From IMG/VR virus record IMGVR_UViG_3300020447_000001, positions 32,001 to 96,000 of that record: a stretch of 64,000 bases of DNA. One strand, written 5' to 3'. This DNA is from a virus. Made by a program: the position numbers and the translations under genes. This document shows, piece by piece, positions 11,253-19,116 of the stretch. A model generated the notes under the pieces. The model was not told the origin of the DNA. It saw only the letters and a list, made by a program, of their open reading frames with translations, and made no database searches. The first letter of the stretch is position 1. The number at the start of each line of letters is the position of its first letter.

Positions 11253-11585
11253 TTGGAGCAAACAATGGCAGTTGATCCTAGTGTACCGGTAAGGAAACTT
11301 GTAATCATGGAAGACGGTATGATTATTGGATTATCTAATAATCATCAATTTGTGACTGCCTTTCCCTTTTTAGCCCCACTAAAGAAATTAACTAACGCAC
11401 GTGTTGGCGGTTGCGGTAAATGCAATTCAGCTGCTAAGCAACGTGTTCAACTACTAAACTCGGCTAAGATGGCAATCATAGGTCTAGGACAAGACAAGAA
11501 AGACCAAATGAAGAAGCTCATGAATGCTAATAAGATACAGGTTAAATACCTGGCTGGACGAGAAGTCAAGACGCACGAGTTCTAA
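11253..11585 (+). CDS. Hypothetical protein (GCGKC motif)
   Basis: Last ORF of the structural operon; RBS ggag before the internal ATG. Confidence 0.6.
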   Translation: MEQTMAVDPSVPVRKLVIMEDGMIIGLSNNHQFVTAFPFLAPLKKLTNARVGGCGKCNSAAKQRVQLLNSAKMAIIGLGQDKKDQMKKLMNANKIQVKYLAGREVKTHEF

Positions 11586-11599
11586 CATGCCTATTTAAG

Positions 11600-11641
11600 C
11601 ACCTAAATTCTTGGCATTATTGCGTCATTATATAGTGAAGG
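11600..11641 (+). promoter_or_regulatory. Putative early promoter element, copy 1
   Basis: cacctaaatt-n-ttgg...ttgcgtcattat...tgaagg recurs at about 15019-15060; each copy is followed by a small hairpin. Confidence 0.45.
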
Positions 11642-11669
11642 ATAATATCCTTCAGCGACCTCAACGGTC

Positions 11670-11748
11670 AAGCCTTACGAGTGGTATGTACATCCGCTTG
11701 TGAGGCTTTTTTATTACATGTACTTTTTGCAAGCAAGGAGCTAGTAAC
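11670..11748 (+). terminator. Hairpin + T-tract + conserved spacer + RBS module
   Basis: aagcc...ggctttttt attacatgtac tttttgcaag caaggagcta before ATG 11749. Confidence 0.75.
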
Positions 11749-12315
11749 ATGTTAGTAATTCATTTTTCAAATCAATCCGCTCATTGCATCTTCGGGGGCC
11801 TCGGCATTGACGGGCCCTGGACTTATGAAGAAGACGACAACGACTACACCACTGACTATTTGCTGCCCACGGGAGAATTTTTGATCCTGAGCAATGTTCG
11901 TCATAAGTGGTTTCCCGAACTTAGCCATGGGGAAATGATTTGGCAAACGGATCATTGTCATATGTTTTGGGAACGCGTACCGCGTACGCCGAAGGAAATC
12001 GTGGACAGCTTAGAGTCTCTTTTTAGTACCTCGTACACGGACGATAGCGGTGTAACACACACCTGGACGAAGAACATTTACACTGTGTCGGAGCTTGTTG
12101 TTTTGGGCGTCCAGCAACGAATCCGGAACGGTACACTGTGCGACAAGGATGTGAAAATCATTCTGTATCGTAGTGACACGCCGGAGTGGCGTAGTGGCAA
12201 ACACATGCAACTGAATAAGAAAGGTGAGTTCGTAGATTACTGGCCCGGAGGCCTCGCCCTGCAAATCTATGAATTTACTAACGGCTTCGAAGATTTTGCC
12301 TGCATAGTCCCCTGA
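11749..12315 (+). CDS. Hypothetical early protein
   Basis: ORF with strong RBS. Confidence 0.7.
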   Translation: MLVIHFSNQSAHCIFGGLGIDGPWTYEEDDNDYTTDYLLPTGEFLILSNVRHKWFPELSHGEMIWQTDHCHMFWERVPRTPKEIVDSLESLFSTSYTDDSGVTHTWTKNIYTVSELVVLGVQQRIRNGTLCDKDVKIILYRSDTPEWRSGKHMQLNKKGEFVDYWPGGLALQIYEFTNGFEDFACIVP

Positions 12316-12365
12316 ACATACAGGGGGCTTTTTTATTACATGTACTTTTGCAAGGAGCTAATAAC
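12309..12365 (+). terminator. Hairpin + conserved spacer + RBS module
   Basis: cccctg-aacata-cagggg, then ggcttttttattacatgtactttt (24 nt identical to 11704-11727), then gcaaggagcta. Confidence 0.8.
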
Positions 12366-12956
12366 GTGTCGACTTACAATTCTATGAACGAGTTCTACGA
12401 AGACCACTACGAAGACCAAGAATCTTTTGATGCAGACAACGAGCAAAAAGGAGAAGGCATGGAAATTCTAAAAAAGAGAGTTGTTGTACACGAGCGTGGC
12501 GCACAGAAAAAGATCGTAGAGACTATATTTGACGCAGACTTTCGTTATGACGACCTCGGGCTCGAAGGAATTGTTAATGCCAAGCAAACTGCCGGCATAA
12601 CCGGCAGTAACGCTCTATACGAAATCGATTGCGTACTGGGCGCTGATCATAAGGGTAAAGGTTACACCCAAACTTACGAGGTGGAGAGCCTAAGACTTCA
12701 GCTGGGTGAACGCAGCCTTACAGCGTTGCTGATGATTCTTTCGAAGATGCAAAAGTACGCACATTCCAACCTCCCGCAAACCGACGATGAGCTGGCCCAG
12801 GACGATAGTGCGGATGTGTGCGCCCGCAAATTTTCAGGGGCTCGTTTTCATGTTTCTCCAGAAACGCTTGATGCAACTGTTCATCCAGACCACATAGATC
12901 GGAAGGCGAGACAGAATTTGGCACTAACGGTCAAACTGAGTGAACGCCAAGCCTAA
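12348..12956 (+). CDS. Hypothetical early protein (probable start GTG 12366)
   Basis: ORF; RBS aaggag. Confidence 0.65.
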   Translation: MQGANNVSTYNSMNEFYEDHYEDQESFDADNEQKGEGMEILKKRVVVHERGAQKKIVETIFDADFRYDDLGLEGIVNAKQTAGITGSNALYEIDCVLGADHKGKGYTQTYEVESLRLQLGERSLTALLMILSKMQKYAHSNLPQTDDELAQDDSADVCARKFSGARFHVSPETLDATVHPDHIDRKARQNLALTVKLSERQA

Positions 12957-12964
12957 AACACCGT

Positions 12965-13012
12965 GCCCCCTTCGGGGGGCTTTTTTATTTACTTTTTTGC
13001 AAGGAGCTAATT
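12965..13012 (+). terminator. Hairpin gccccc-ttcg-gggggc + T-tract + RBS module
   Basis: UUCG tetraloop hairpin, T6, ttttttgcaaggagctaa. Confidence 0.85.
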
Positions 13013-13216
13013 ATGAAGATTGAAGTCGATGGTGTTCTCGTTTCAGTCTGTCAGTCATGCCTGGACGGAGAACACAAGAGTTATGGTGAGGATCATCGCA
13101 ACGGCCCACCGGAACGTTGCGACTGTAAAAATATACTGGACGACAAAACACAGTGTATGTGTAGTCCAGAGTGGCCTGAATTAATGACAGCAATTCGCAT
13201 GCAAGAAAGGAGCTAA
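13013..13216 (+). CDS. Small Cys-rich hypothetical protein
   Basis: CQSC, CDC, CMC; RBS. Confidence 0.6.
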   Translation: MKIEVDGVLVSVCQSCLDGEHKSYGEDHRNGPPERCDCKNILDDKTQCMCSPEWPELMTAIRMQERS

Positions 13217-13218
13217 TT

Positions 13219-13509
13219 ATGCCCATGGACTTTCCGAATATGGAATCGCTAACGCGGCGTGCTACGCAGCGAGATTTCCGTCAGCCCCACGAGGGCGAGA
13301 CAGAGGTCCAGTATCGAGAGGCGTTCGCGGATTTCATGAAGGACATTGATCTTGTCGAAAGTCATGAGATTCGTGGCGGGTGCGGGTGGGACAGAATGAC
13401 TGATCAGCAAACTACTGAGATGCTGGTCGATCAAGTTGGCGGTAGGGAGAAGTTGCTTAAACTCTTCGCAGATCTCCAAGGAGGAATCAAAGGACAAAAG
13501 GAAGAATGA
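13219..13509 (+). CDS. Hypothetical protein
   Basis: RBS aaggagctaatt. Confidence 0.65.
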   Translation: MPMDFPNMESLTRRATQRDFRQPHEGETEVQYREAFADFMKDIDLVESHEIRGGCGWDRMTDQQTTEMLVDQVGGREKLLKLFADLQGGIKGQKEE

Positions 13510-13730
13510 TGAAAGTAATGTCTGACGGTCAGAACGTTGTAGAACTGTTCTCGGTGCTACTCACTGAAGGAGAAGCACTAGAGTTGATCGAGGGTTTGAG
13601 TAGGCAGCTTAAGCGTCGCAAAGACTTCAAATTTTCTGAATTCGGACGCCTTGAGGTCCAATCAGACAGCGACGAAAGCGGCGAAAGTTTCGCCGCCCTC
13701 ATACACTTCCCCACTTGGGCTGGCTCGTAA
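13506..13730 (+). CDS. Hypothetical protein
   Basis: Translationally coupled ORF. Confidence 0.55.
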   Translation: MMKVMSDGQNVVELFSVLLTEGEALELIEGLSRQLKRRKDFKFSEFGRLEVQSDSDESGESFAALIHFPTWAGS

Positions 13731-13736
13731 CATCGT

Positions 13737-13790
13737 GCCCCTTCGGGGGCTTTTTTATTATATGTACTTTTTTGTAAGAAAGGAGCTAAT
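13737..13790 (+). terminator. Hairpin gcccc-ttcg-ggggc + conserved spacer + RBS module
   Basis: Near copy of the 12965 and 12309 modules. Confidence 0.85.
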
Positions 13791-14474
13791 ATGAGTGACC
13801 CTTTAGGGTATATCACTGAACTACGAAATTCACTCGATTCGCCAGTCGTGAAATCGGTGTTCGACAACACCGTAGTTCCTTTTGAGGAGCTAGATGAAGA
13901 CGCGAAAGCTACACTTTACAGTATGGTGTCGGCGTTAGGGTTTATCCGCCTATACGGCATTGATGTGCCGGTGGATGTTGCTATTCGGCTGGCTACTTTC
14001 TCTGTCGCCTGCGTAGCTACAACTATTGAATTCCACATGATTCACGCAGTGAAACATAGGGCGTACGGGCTTATGTCAGAAATAACGGATATGGCGCAGT
14101 CGTTTCCGGAGCGGTTTGACGAGGACGATTTGGAAGAAGGCGAGATTACGAGTATTTTTCACCTGCTCATGGAGTTATGGGCAGTCCGCGCGGCCAGTTC
14201 GCGCTTGGTACCACCAACTAGCGGGAAATTGTTCTGGGTGCCAGCTGAGATCGTGTTGGATACCAAGCTCCATAACAAAGGCCTAAAGGAGGTCCTGTCT
14301 AGCGTCACGTCACTTCCGCTTTTTGACAACTGGCGGAAAATGCTGGTCAAGCCATATTGTGATGATCTGCCTTGGTGGCTCGACGGGACTTTGGAAAAGG
14401 TCGCGAAGAAAATTGGCGATGACATTGACGATGATGAGGTGTACTCATTGAAACGCATTGGGAGTAGTAAATAG
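13791..14474 (+). CDS. Hypothetical protein
   Basis: 227-aa ORF with RBS. Confidence 0.7.
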   Translation: MSDPLGYITELRNSLDSPVVKSVFDNTVVPFEELDEDAKATLYSMVSALGFIRLYGIDVPVDVAIRLATFSVACVATTIEFHMIHAVKHRAYGLMSEITDMAQSFPERFDEDDLEEGEITSIFHLLMELWAVRAASSRLVPPTSGKLFWVPAEIVLDTKLHNKGLKEVLSSVTSLPLFDNWRKMLVKPYCDDLPWWLDGTLEKVAKKIGDDIDDDEVYSLKRIGSSK

Positions 14475-14500
14475 TACAATTTAACAGGGAGGGACTAGTG

Positions 14501-14641
14501 ATGATTTCACGGATGATACTTATCGTTTTACTTCTGTTCGCTTCGGGATGTGCAACCACCACGAACTTCACTGTGAAGCAAGTGGTCCCGGAGCATCACC
14601 TGTCGTGGGAAGTTTGCCACGGTGTTACAAGGACTTGGTAA
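14501..14641 (+). CDS. Small putative lipoprotein (46 aa; not in ORF track)
   Basis: MISRMILIVLLLFASGC signal peptide with lipobox-like ASGC; RBS ggaggg. Confidence 0.6.
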   Translation: MISRMILIVLLLFASGCATTTNFTVKQVVPEHHLSWEVCHGVTRTW

Positions 14642-14653
14642 GGAGGACAACTC

Positions 14654-15025
14654 ATGAGCGAAGAAGAGTATGTTGGTTTTAAAGGAGTAGTAGAGTATCT
14701 AAAAGGTGGAGTCCCCGGCGCAGGAAAAAGTCACGCCATTAAATGTGTTGCTGGAGAATATAATAAGGTCGTTGAGACTGACAAGAACTTGTCTCGGGCG
14801 ATTGACATGCTGGAAAAGTGGGCGGGAAAAGGAGGCCGATTCATTCTGTTATATGAACAGCTCAGGGAAGAAGGCCTGAATCAGGAAGAGGCCATGAAAG
14901 TGGTCAAAGAAGAAGTAGAGATTCAAAAGTTAGAAGCAAAGGGCATGACTCGGAGTGATGCCCAGGGGGTGGTGGAGCTTAACGATCCAAATCACCCAAG
15001 TAACAAGGGACGCAAAAACACCTAA
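14654..15025 (+). CDS. Mini-protein carrying condensed fragments of the AAA ATPase at 20588 (Walker A GVPGAGKS)
   Basis: Three collinear blocks shared with 20588..22486, including 24 identical nt. Confidence 0.7.
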   Translation: MSEEEYVGFKGVVEYLKGGVPGAGKSHAIKCVAGEYNKVVETDKNLSRAIDMLEKWAGKGGRFILLYEQLREEGLNQEEAMKVVKEEVEIQKLEAKGMTRSDAQGVVELNDPNHPSNKGRKNT

Positions 15026-15060
15026 ATTTTGGGTGTTTTTGCGTCATTATTATATGAAGG
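15009..15060 (+). promoter_or_regulatory. Putative promoter copy 2, inside a 14-bp palindrome
   Basis: gacgcaaaaacacc (15009-22) / ggtgtttttgcgtc (15032-45); shares motif with 11600-11641. Confidence 0.45.
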
Positions 15061-15078
15061 GAATCCTTAGGATTCCCA

Positions 15079-15105
15079 GGCCCTTTATCGGGCCTTTTTT
15101 ATTAC
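15079..15105 (+). terminator. Terminator-like direct repeat, copy A
   Basis: ggccctttatcgggccttttttattac, identical to 15453-15479. Confidence 0.8.
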
Positions 15106-15108
15106 TTT

Positions 15109-15432
15109 GGCAACTAGCTGCCGAAGGCCTGCTCGGGCGCGGAGTATATACAGTTTAAATGCCAGTCCCTAGGTCCTGGCTGTCCGTGTGACCATTAGGC
15201 GAGCCTCTGAGCTCAAGAGCACGGAGCAGCAGCATGTGAAGAGAAATCATGCTGCAAATCTTCAACACACGAGATCGACCGTGGTAGGAATGACAGCGTA
15301 AAGCTGCCTTCCACGGGGGATGCTGTACGACGTAAGTGCCCGTGAGGAAATGTACTCCTCTATGGCCAAACGTGCAGATAATGGAAGTGTGCTCTGGGGT
15401 CGCCAAGCTGGGCGTTAAACGTAGCTAGTGTG
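15109..15432 (+). ncRNA. Candidate structured ncRNA (~320 nt)
   Basis: No credible ORF; ends can pair (actagct 15113-19 / agctagt 15423-29); internal hairpin gcagcatg...catgctgc; bracketed by identical repeats. Confidence 0.4.
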
Positions 15433-15452
15433 ACACTTCTTTTACTTTCACT

Positions 15453-15501
15453 GGCCCTTTATCGGGCCTTTTTTATTACCTTTTAGCAAGGAGAGCTTGA
15501 G
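15453..15501 (+). terminator. Terminator-like direct repeat, copy B, + RBS
   Basis: Identical 27-mer followed by ttttagcaaggag. Confidence 0.8.
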
Positions 15502-15780
15502 ATGAAAGTAGCAATATTTGGGAGCCGAGGATGTTGTGGATACAAAGTGACCGTAAGCGAGGATCGGTTGGAAGCCACGCTGGAGGCCATTAGGGCGGCG
15601 GGAGCGGAAGATATTTCGCACCTCATTAGACACACTAGTGAGCCGTGTGACGATCCCGTGCTCAATGACAACAAAAAGCTTGTGCCACTTCCACGCTATG
15701 TCGCCCACACGTGGGCTGACATCTCTTTCACATGTACGGAAGAGATTTACGACCGCCTGAAAGATGGCGGAACATTTTAG
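15502..15780 (+). CDS. Hypothetical protein
   Basis: RBS aaggag; 92 aa. Confidence 0.65.
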   Translation: MKVAIFGSRGCCGYKVTVSEDRLEATLEAIRAAGAEDISHLIRHTSEPCDDPVLNDNKKLVPLPRYVAHTWADISFTCTEEIYDRLKDGGTF

Positions 15781-15842
15781 CCTGATGGGCTTGAGTTTAC
15801 GCTGCGATCGTGGAGATGACACCTGTAAGTCCTTCAAAGTAT

Positions 15843-15963
15843 GGCTGTAGTGGAGCTAGAAACGATCCGGAAGTCTTAGCTAGTCTTGCGGGGGATACAA
15901 CGGGTAAGGCTTTATCCCATGCTTTGTCGCGGGTGTTGCAGGGTTCGACTCCCTGCCGTGGCA
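15843..15963 (+). ncRNA. tRNA-like element (T-arm only clearly supported)
   Basis: gcaggg-TTCGACT-ccctgc at 15938-15956; no convincing acceptor or anticodon arms by eye. Confidence 0.25.
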
Positions 15964-16137
15964 TCTTTTAGGGGGGGCAAATATGAGCGGAAAAAGAGCT
16001 GGATGTATTTGGGTAGCAATAGAACTGACGATTTTCGTTATCGTTTTGTTGTACTTTATGACACTTTAATTATTATTCTTTTCATACCCCGCCCCAGGAA
16101 AATCTTCTTGGGGCGGGTCTTTTGCAAGGAGAAAGAT

Positions 16138-16257
16138 ATGCGTCGTTCTGGTTATGCGCTTCCGGAAGCAATTATGGGTGTGATACTGGTAACTTTGGTA
16201 TTCACCGCAGGCATAGGCGTATACCGCCTTGTCTGCACGGTTCTCGGAAGTCTCTAG
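16138..16257 (+). CDS. 39-aa mini-protein with prepilin-like N-terminus
   Basis: MRRSG|YALPE + hydrophobic helix; preceded by hairpin and ttttgcaaggag RBS module (16086-16131). Confidence 0.6.
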   Translation: MRRSGYALPEAIMGVILVTLVFTAGIGVYRLVCTVLGSL

Positions 16258-16276
16258 TTTAAGTTTTTAATGTTGT

Positions 16277-16316
16277 AGCCCGGTAGCGTCTTCGGATTCT
16301 ACCGGGCTTTTTTTAT
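16277..16316 (+). terminator. Rho-independent terminator
   Basis: agcccggtag...ctaccgggct ttttttt. Confidence 0.85.
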
Positions 16317-16338
16317 TCCTAATTCGAAAGGATCGAAA

Positions 16339-16695
16339 ATGTGTACTCATGAGAAAGGTACTTGTGTACGTTGTGCGACAGAGGAGCAGGTTGAAGCCGA
16401 AGCACGGCTAGGCGAACGTCTAGACTCCCACACTGCGAAGTTTATGCTGCGGAATCTCAGCAATGGCGTTCCGGCCACCGTCGATCGGTTTATAAAGTCC
16501 CCAGCCGTCGTATTGGAGCCTTTGCTGCCTACAGCTAGCTTGGCCAATGGTCAAGCGAGCTTGCCAAACGAGGCCCAGCCGCTTTCTAGTTTTGTATCGG
16601 CAGCTAGAGAACAAAAGCACATTTCTGATCGCACTGTGCGAGCAGACGAGTGGTGGGACAAAGTCCAAACGGAGAGAGGAGTAGGGGTAGCATGA
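16339..16695 (+). CDS. Hypothetical protein
   Basis: RBS aaagga; CVRC. Confidence 0.6.
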   Translation: MCTHEKGTCVRCATEEQVEAEARLGERLDSHTAKFMLRNLSNGVPATVDRFIKSPAVVLEPLLPTASLANGQASLPNEAQPLSSFVSAAREQKHISDRTVRADEWWDKVQTERGVGVA

Positions 16696-16976
16696 CAAAG
16701 GCAACTACTAATGGAAGAGGTTTGTGTCTAAGCCAGACCTCGAAAGAGGACGTGATCGTGCGTCCATCCCAAGACTTCTTGGTCGCATATTTTACGTGCG
16801 ACATGAACCTCTCACGAGAGGAAGCAGAAGCAGAAGCAAGTAAGTTAATCTTGCTCCAAACGTTACGGATAAAAACAATTGGAGCCCGAACAAAGCAGCT
16901 TTTTCAGGGGGAGAAAGCCGTACAGGTAATTAGAGTTCCTGCCGGAAAAGATGTTGTAGAATTGTCCCCGGTTTAA
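16692..16976 (+). CDS. Hypothetical protein
   Basis: ATG 16692 in the frame of ORF 16650..16976. Confidence 0.55.
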   Translation: MTKATTNGRGLCLSQTSKEDVIVRPSQDFLVAYFTCDMNLSREEAEAEASKLILLQTLRIKTIGARTKQLFQGEKAVQVIRVPAGKDVVELSPV

Positions 16977-16999
16977 CTATTTTTGCAAGGAGAAAAAGA

Positions 17000-17242
17000 A
17001 TGGCTACGCAGAAGAAAAAGGCTACAAAAAGTTCGTTCGTAAATGGTGTAGAGACTGGCGAGGAACTTATCCAGCAAACGGCTGGGATTCTTGTTGGTGT
17101 TACTAAAGTGTTTGTAAATACTACTGTGGTGGCACCACTGCGATACGTCGCAACTGTCGCTCAGGCATCTCTTCCAGTTAAGTCGAGTGGGAAGCGGCGA
17201 AAACCGTTTTCGTACACACCACGACGTAATCGAGTAAAATAG
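17000..17242 (+). CDS. Basic hypothetical protein
   Basis: Preceded by ttttgcaaggag. Confidence 0.6.
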   Translation: MATQKKKATKSSFVNGVETGEELIQQTAGILVGVTKVFVNTTVVAPLRYVATVAQASLPVKSSGKRRKPFSYTPRRNRVK

Positions 17243-17262
17243 GGCAATGCCAAGAGGTATTG

Positions 17263-17333
17263 TCGTCCTGCATGGAATCGCGGATAAACTGTAAGGAACA
17301 TTTCCCCAGTTTGCTACGTTCCATGCAGGACGA
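17263..17333. other. Long intergenic stem-loop
   Basis: tcgtcctgcatggaa (17263-77) / ttccatgcaggacga (17319-33), plus inner aaactg/cagttt. Confidence 0.7.
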
Positions 17334-17397
17334 GAGGTTTGTAATATGTTACATTATTGTACCTTACCTTTAGCTATCAGTGAAAAGGAGACATTAA

Positions 17398-17712
17398 ATG
17401 TCCTTAAAAGTAGTAGAGTCAGCGTCAAAGATAACTTCAGATACTACCGCAACTGTTGTTGTCGAAAGTGATTTGCGAGACGGCAAAGCTCATTATGAGC
17501 TAGAACTAAAAGGCTGGGAAACGGCAAGAGACTGGGCGAACAAGAACGGTATCTCTAGTCCGGGTCTTGGCAATACTACACAATCTCCGTACGCAGTAAA
17601 TCATAAAGGCGAAGAGATCGGAACTGAACAATACAATCTTCCGCCAGAATCCCCTGAGCGGCAGGCTACGGCATATCGTATAGATGTTACAGTGCATGGC
17701 CGTATGCGATGA
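17398..17712 (+). CDS. Hypothetical protein
   Basis: RBS aaggag. Confidence 0.65.
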   Translation: MSLKVVESASKITSDTTATVVVESDLRDGKAHYELELKGWETARDWANKNGISSPGLGNTTQSPYAVNHKGEEIGTEQYNLPPESPERQATAYRIDVTVHGRMR

Positions 17713-18170
17713 CTGTTGATCAGTGGCGAAAATGTCTAACAGTTCTAGACGAGAGCCAATCTAAACGGCTGCTCAAAAGTTTAGACATTATTGTTTCACC
17801 AGAAGATGAGTTAGAGCCCTTGGTAGGACTAAAGATGGCCGTGGCAGATTGGGTCTCGCATCTGGGGTTATTCACGGACGCACAGATATACCAACTATTA
17901 TCTGCTATTGACAATCCGTTAAAATCTCTCGCAAATACACTTAATGATACAGAAGTTCCTGTGTTTACTTTAGTGATATGTGATGGTCGTTGGGCGTCAT
18001 GCTCCGGTAAAGAACGTTTCTTTGATCTGCAAGAGTACGAAGAAGTAGAGCAATTACCCGAGTATAGTATTACACATATTATGTGTGATGTGACGCAATT
18101 ATACGCTAGAATGGAATATCGCGTTAATCGCATGGGGAAGGGCAAGGAAGCTCCGGATGTTAACAACTAA
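17709..18170 (+). CDS. Hypothetical protein
   Basis: Coupled ORF. Confidence 0.65.
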   Translation: MTVDQWRKCLTVLDESQSKRLLKSLDIIVSPEDELEPLVGLKMAVADWVSHLGLFTDAQIYQLLSAIDNPLKSLANTLNDTEVPVFTLVICDGRWASCSGKERFFDLQEYEEVEQLPEYSITHIMCDVTQLYARMEYRVNRMGKGKEAPDVNN

Positions 18171-18927
18171 AGCTGCAAACTTGTTAATGCGTTCGGCTAC
18201 GTCAAGAGCTGCGACGCCCAATACACGTGCGGTTTTACGGTCTTTTCTAGGATCGGACGAGACGTACGCCACAGTTCTGTTATTACTATTAACAGACAAG
18301 TACGGTCATGAAGCTTTAGAATGGTCACCGTCCACTATTCGAATGCAGCTGGAAGAAGATTTTTCCGTTACGTTACCAGACAGTAATTTGGACAAGCTGA
18401 TGTCTGCAATTACTGTTGTTACCACAAACTATTTCTACCAGGACCCCATCAGATTTGTAGAGTTGTGTAACATCTTTAGCGGCGATAGCGCAGAACACGA
18501 TGAATTTGATCCTGCGGATGTCTCTGAAATTCTTTGGGGCATCTCAGAAGCATTTTTGTTATGGCCACCGGAACAAGAAGATGCTCCTTATGACACACAC
18601 TTCTCTAAGGAAATAATTGAGTACATACGACAAACACTTACTGAAGAGGGGTTCTTAAAGGCCCCTGATGTATTAAACGTATCCGGGCTAGACGAAACAT
18701 CGTTTGTTCGAGATACATGGTCAGATGACCCGGAAATGTACCAGGCAATTTATGAACTCCAGCAACAAAAAATGGACGACATGAAAATGTTCTTGTACAA
18801 TAATTTCCGTGATTTACACGAACAATTACGGGTCCTTCCAATTGAGGAGGGGGATAAGGAAGCGTTAATGAAACGAATTTCAGCTGGAGAAGAACATGTC
18901 CAATCCAAATATACCGCCGACCCCTGA
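18157..18927 (+). CDS. Hypothetical protein (256 aa)
   Basis: Long overlapping ORF. Confidence 0.7.
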   Translation: MLTTKAANLLMRSATSRAATPNTRAVLRSFLGSDETYATVLLLLLTDKYGHEALEWSPSTIRMQLEEDFSVTLPDSNLDKLMSAITVVTTNYFYQDPIRFVELCNIFSGDSAEHDEFDPADVSEILWGISEAFLLWPPEQEDAPYDTHFSKEIIEYIRQTLTEEGFLKAPDVLNVSGLDETSFVRDTWSDDPEMYQAIYELQQQKMDDMKMFLYNNFRDLHEQLRVLPIEEGDKEALMKRISAGEEHVQSKYTADP

Positions 18928-19051
18928 TAACTACGACGACGAAGAGTCTTGGGCCTACGAGTGGGATGATGCGTGGGATGACGTGTTAGACACGCTGGAA
19001 TTCGAAGACGAAGAAGAGGACGAAGGCGAGGACGAAGGCGAGGATTTTTAA
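18896..19051 (+). CDS. 51-aa extremely acidic peptide (not in ORF track)
   Basis: MSNPNIPPTPDNYDDEESWAYEWDDAWDDVLDTLEFEDEEEDEGEDEGEDF; RBS ggag; followed by a terminator. Confidence 0.6.
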   Translation: MSNPNIPPTPDNYDDEESWAYEWDDAWDDVLDTLEFEDEEEDEGEDEGEDF

Positions 19052-19070
19052 TCCAAGAAATTTGGCATGA

Positions 19071-19105
19071 AGCCTGCACACCGTTTGGTTTGCGGGCTTT
19101 TTTTT
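19071..19105 (+). terminator. Rho-independent terminator
   Basis: agcctgca...tgcgggct tttttt. Confidence 0.7.
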
Positions 19106-19116
19106 ATGGAGATACT

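Noticed and set aside
15886-16137. 5' part of ORF 15886..16257
   Set aside because: It spans the tRNA-like stem, AT-rich DNA and a hairpin; the credible RBS and start are at 16138.
17720-18166. Antisense ORFs overlapping long genes (this one and many others in the track)
   Set aside because: No RBS or recognisable motifs; they are shadows of the coding strand.
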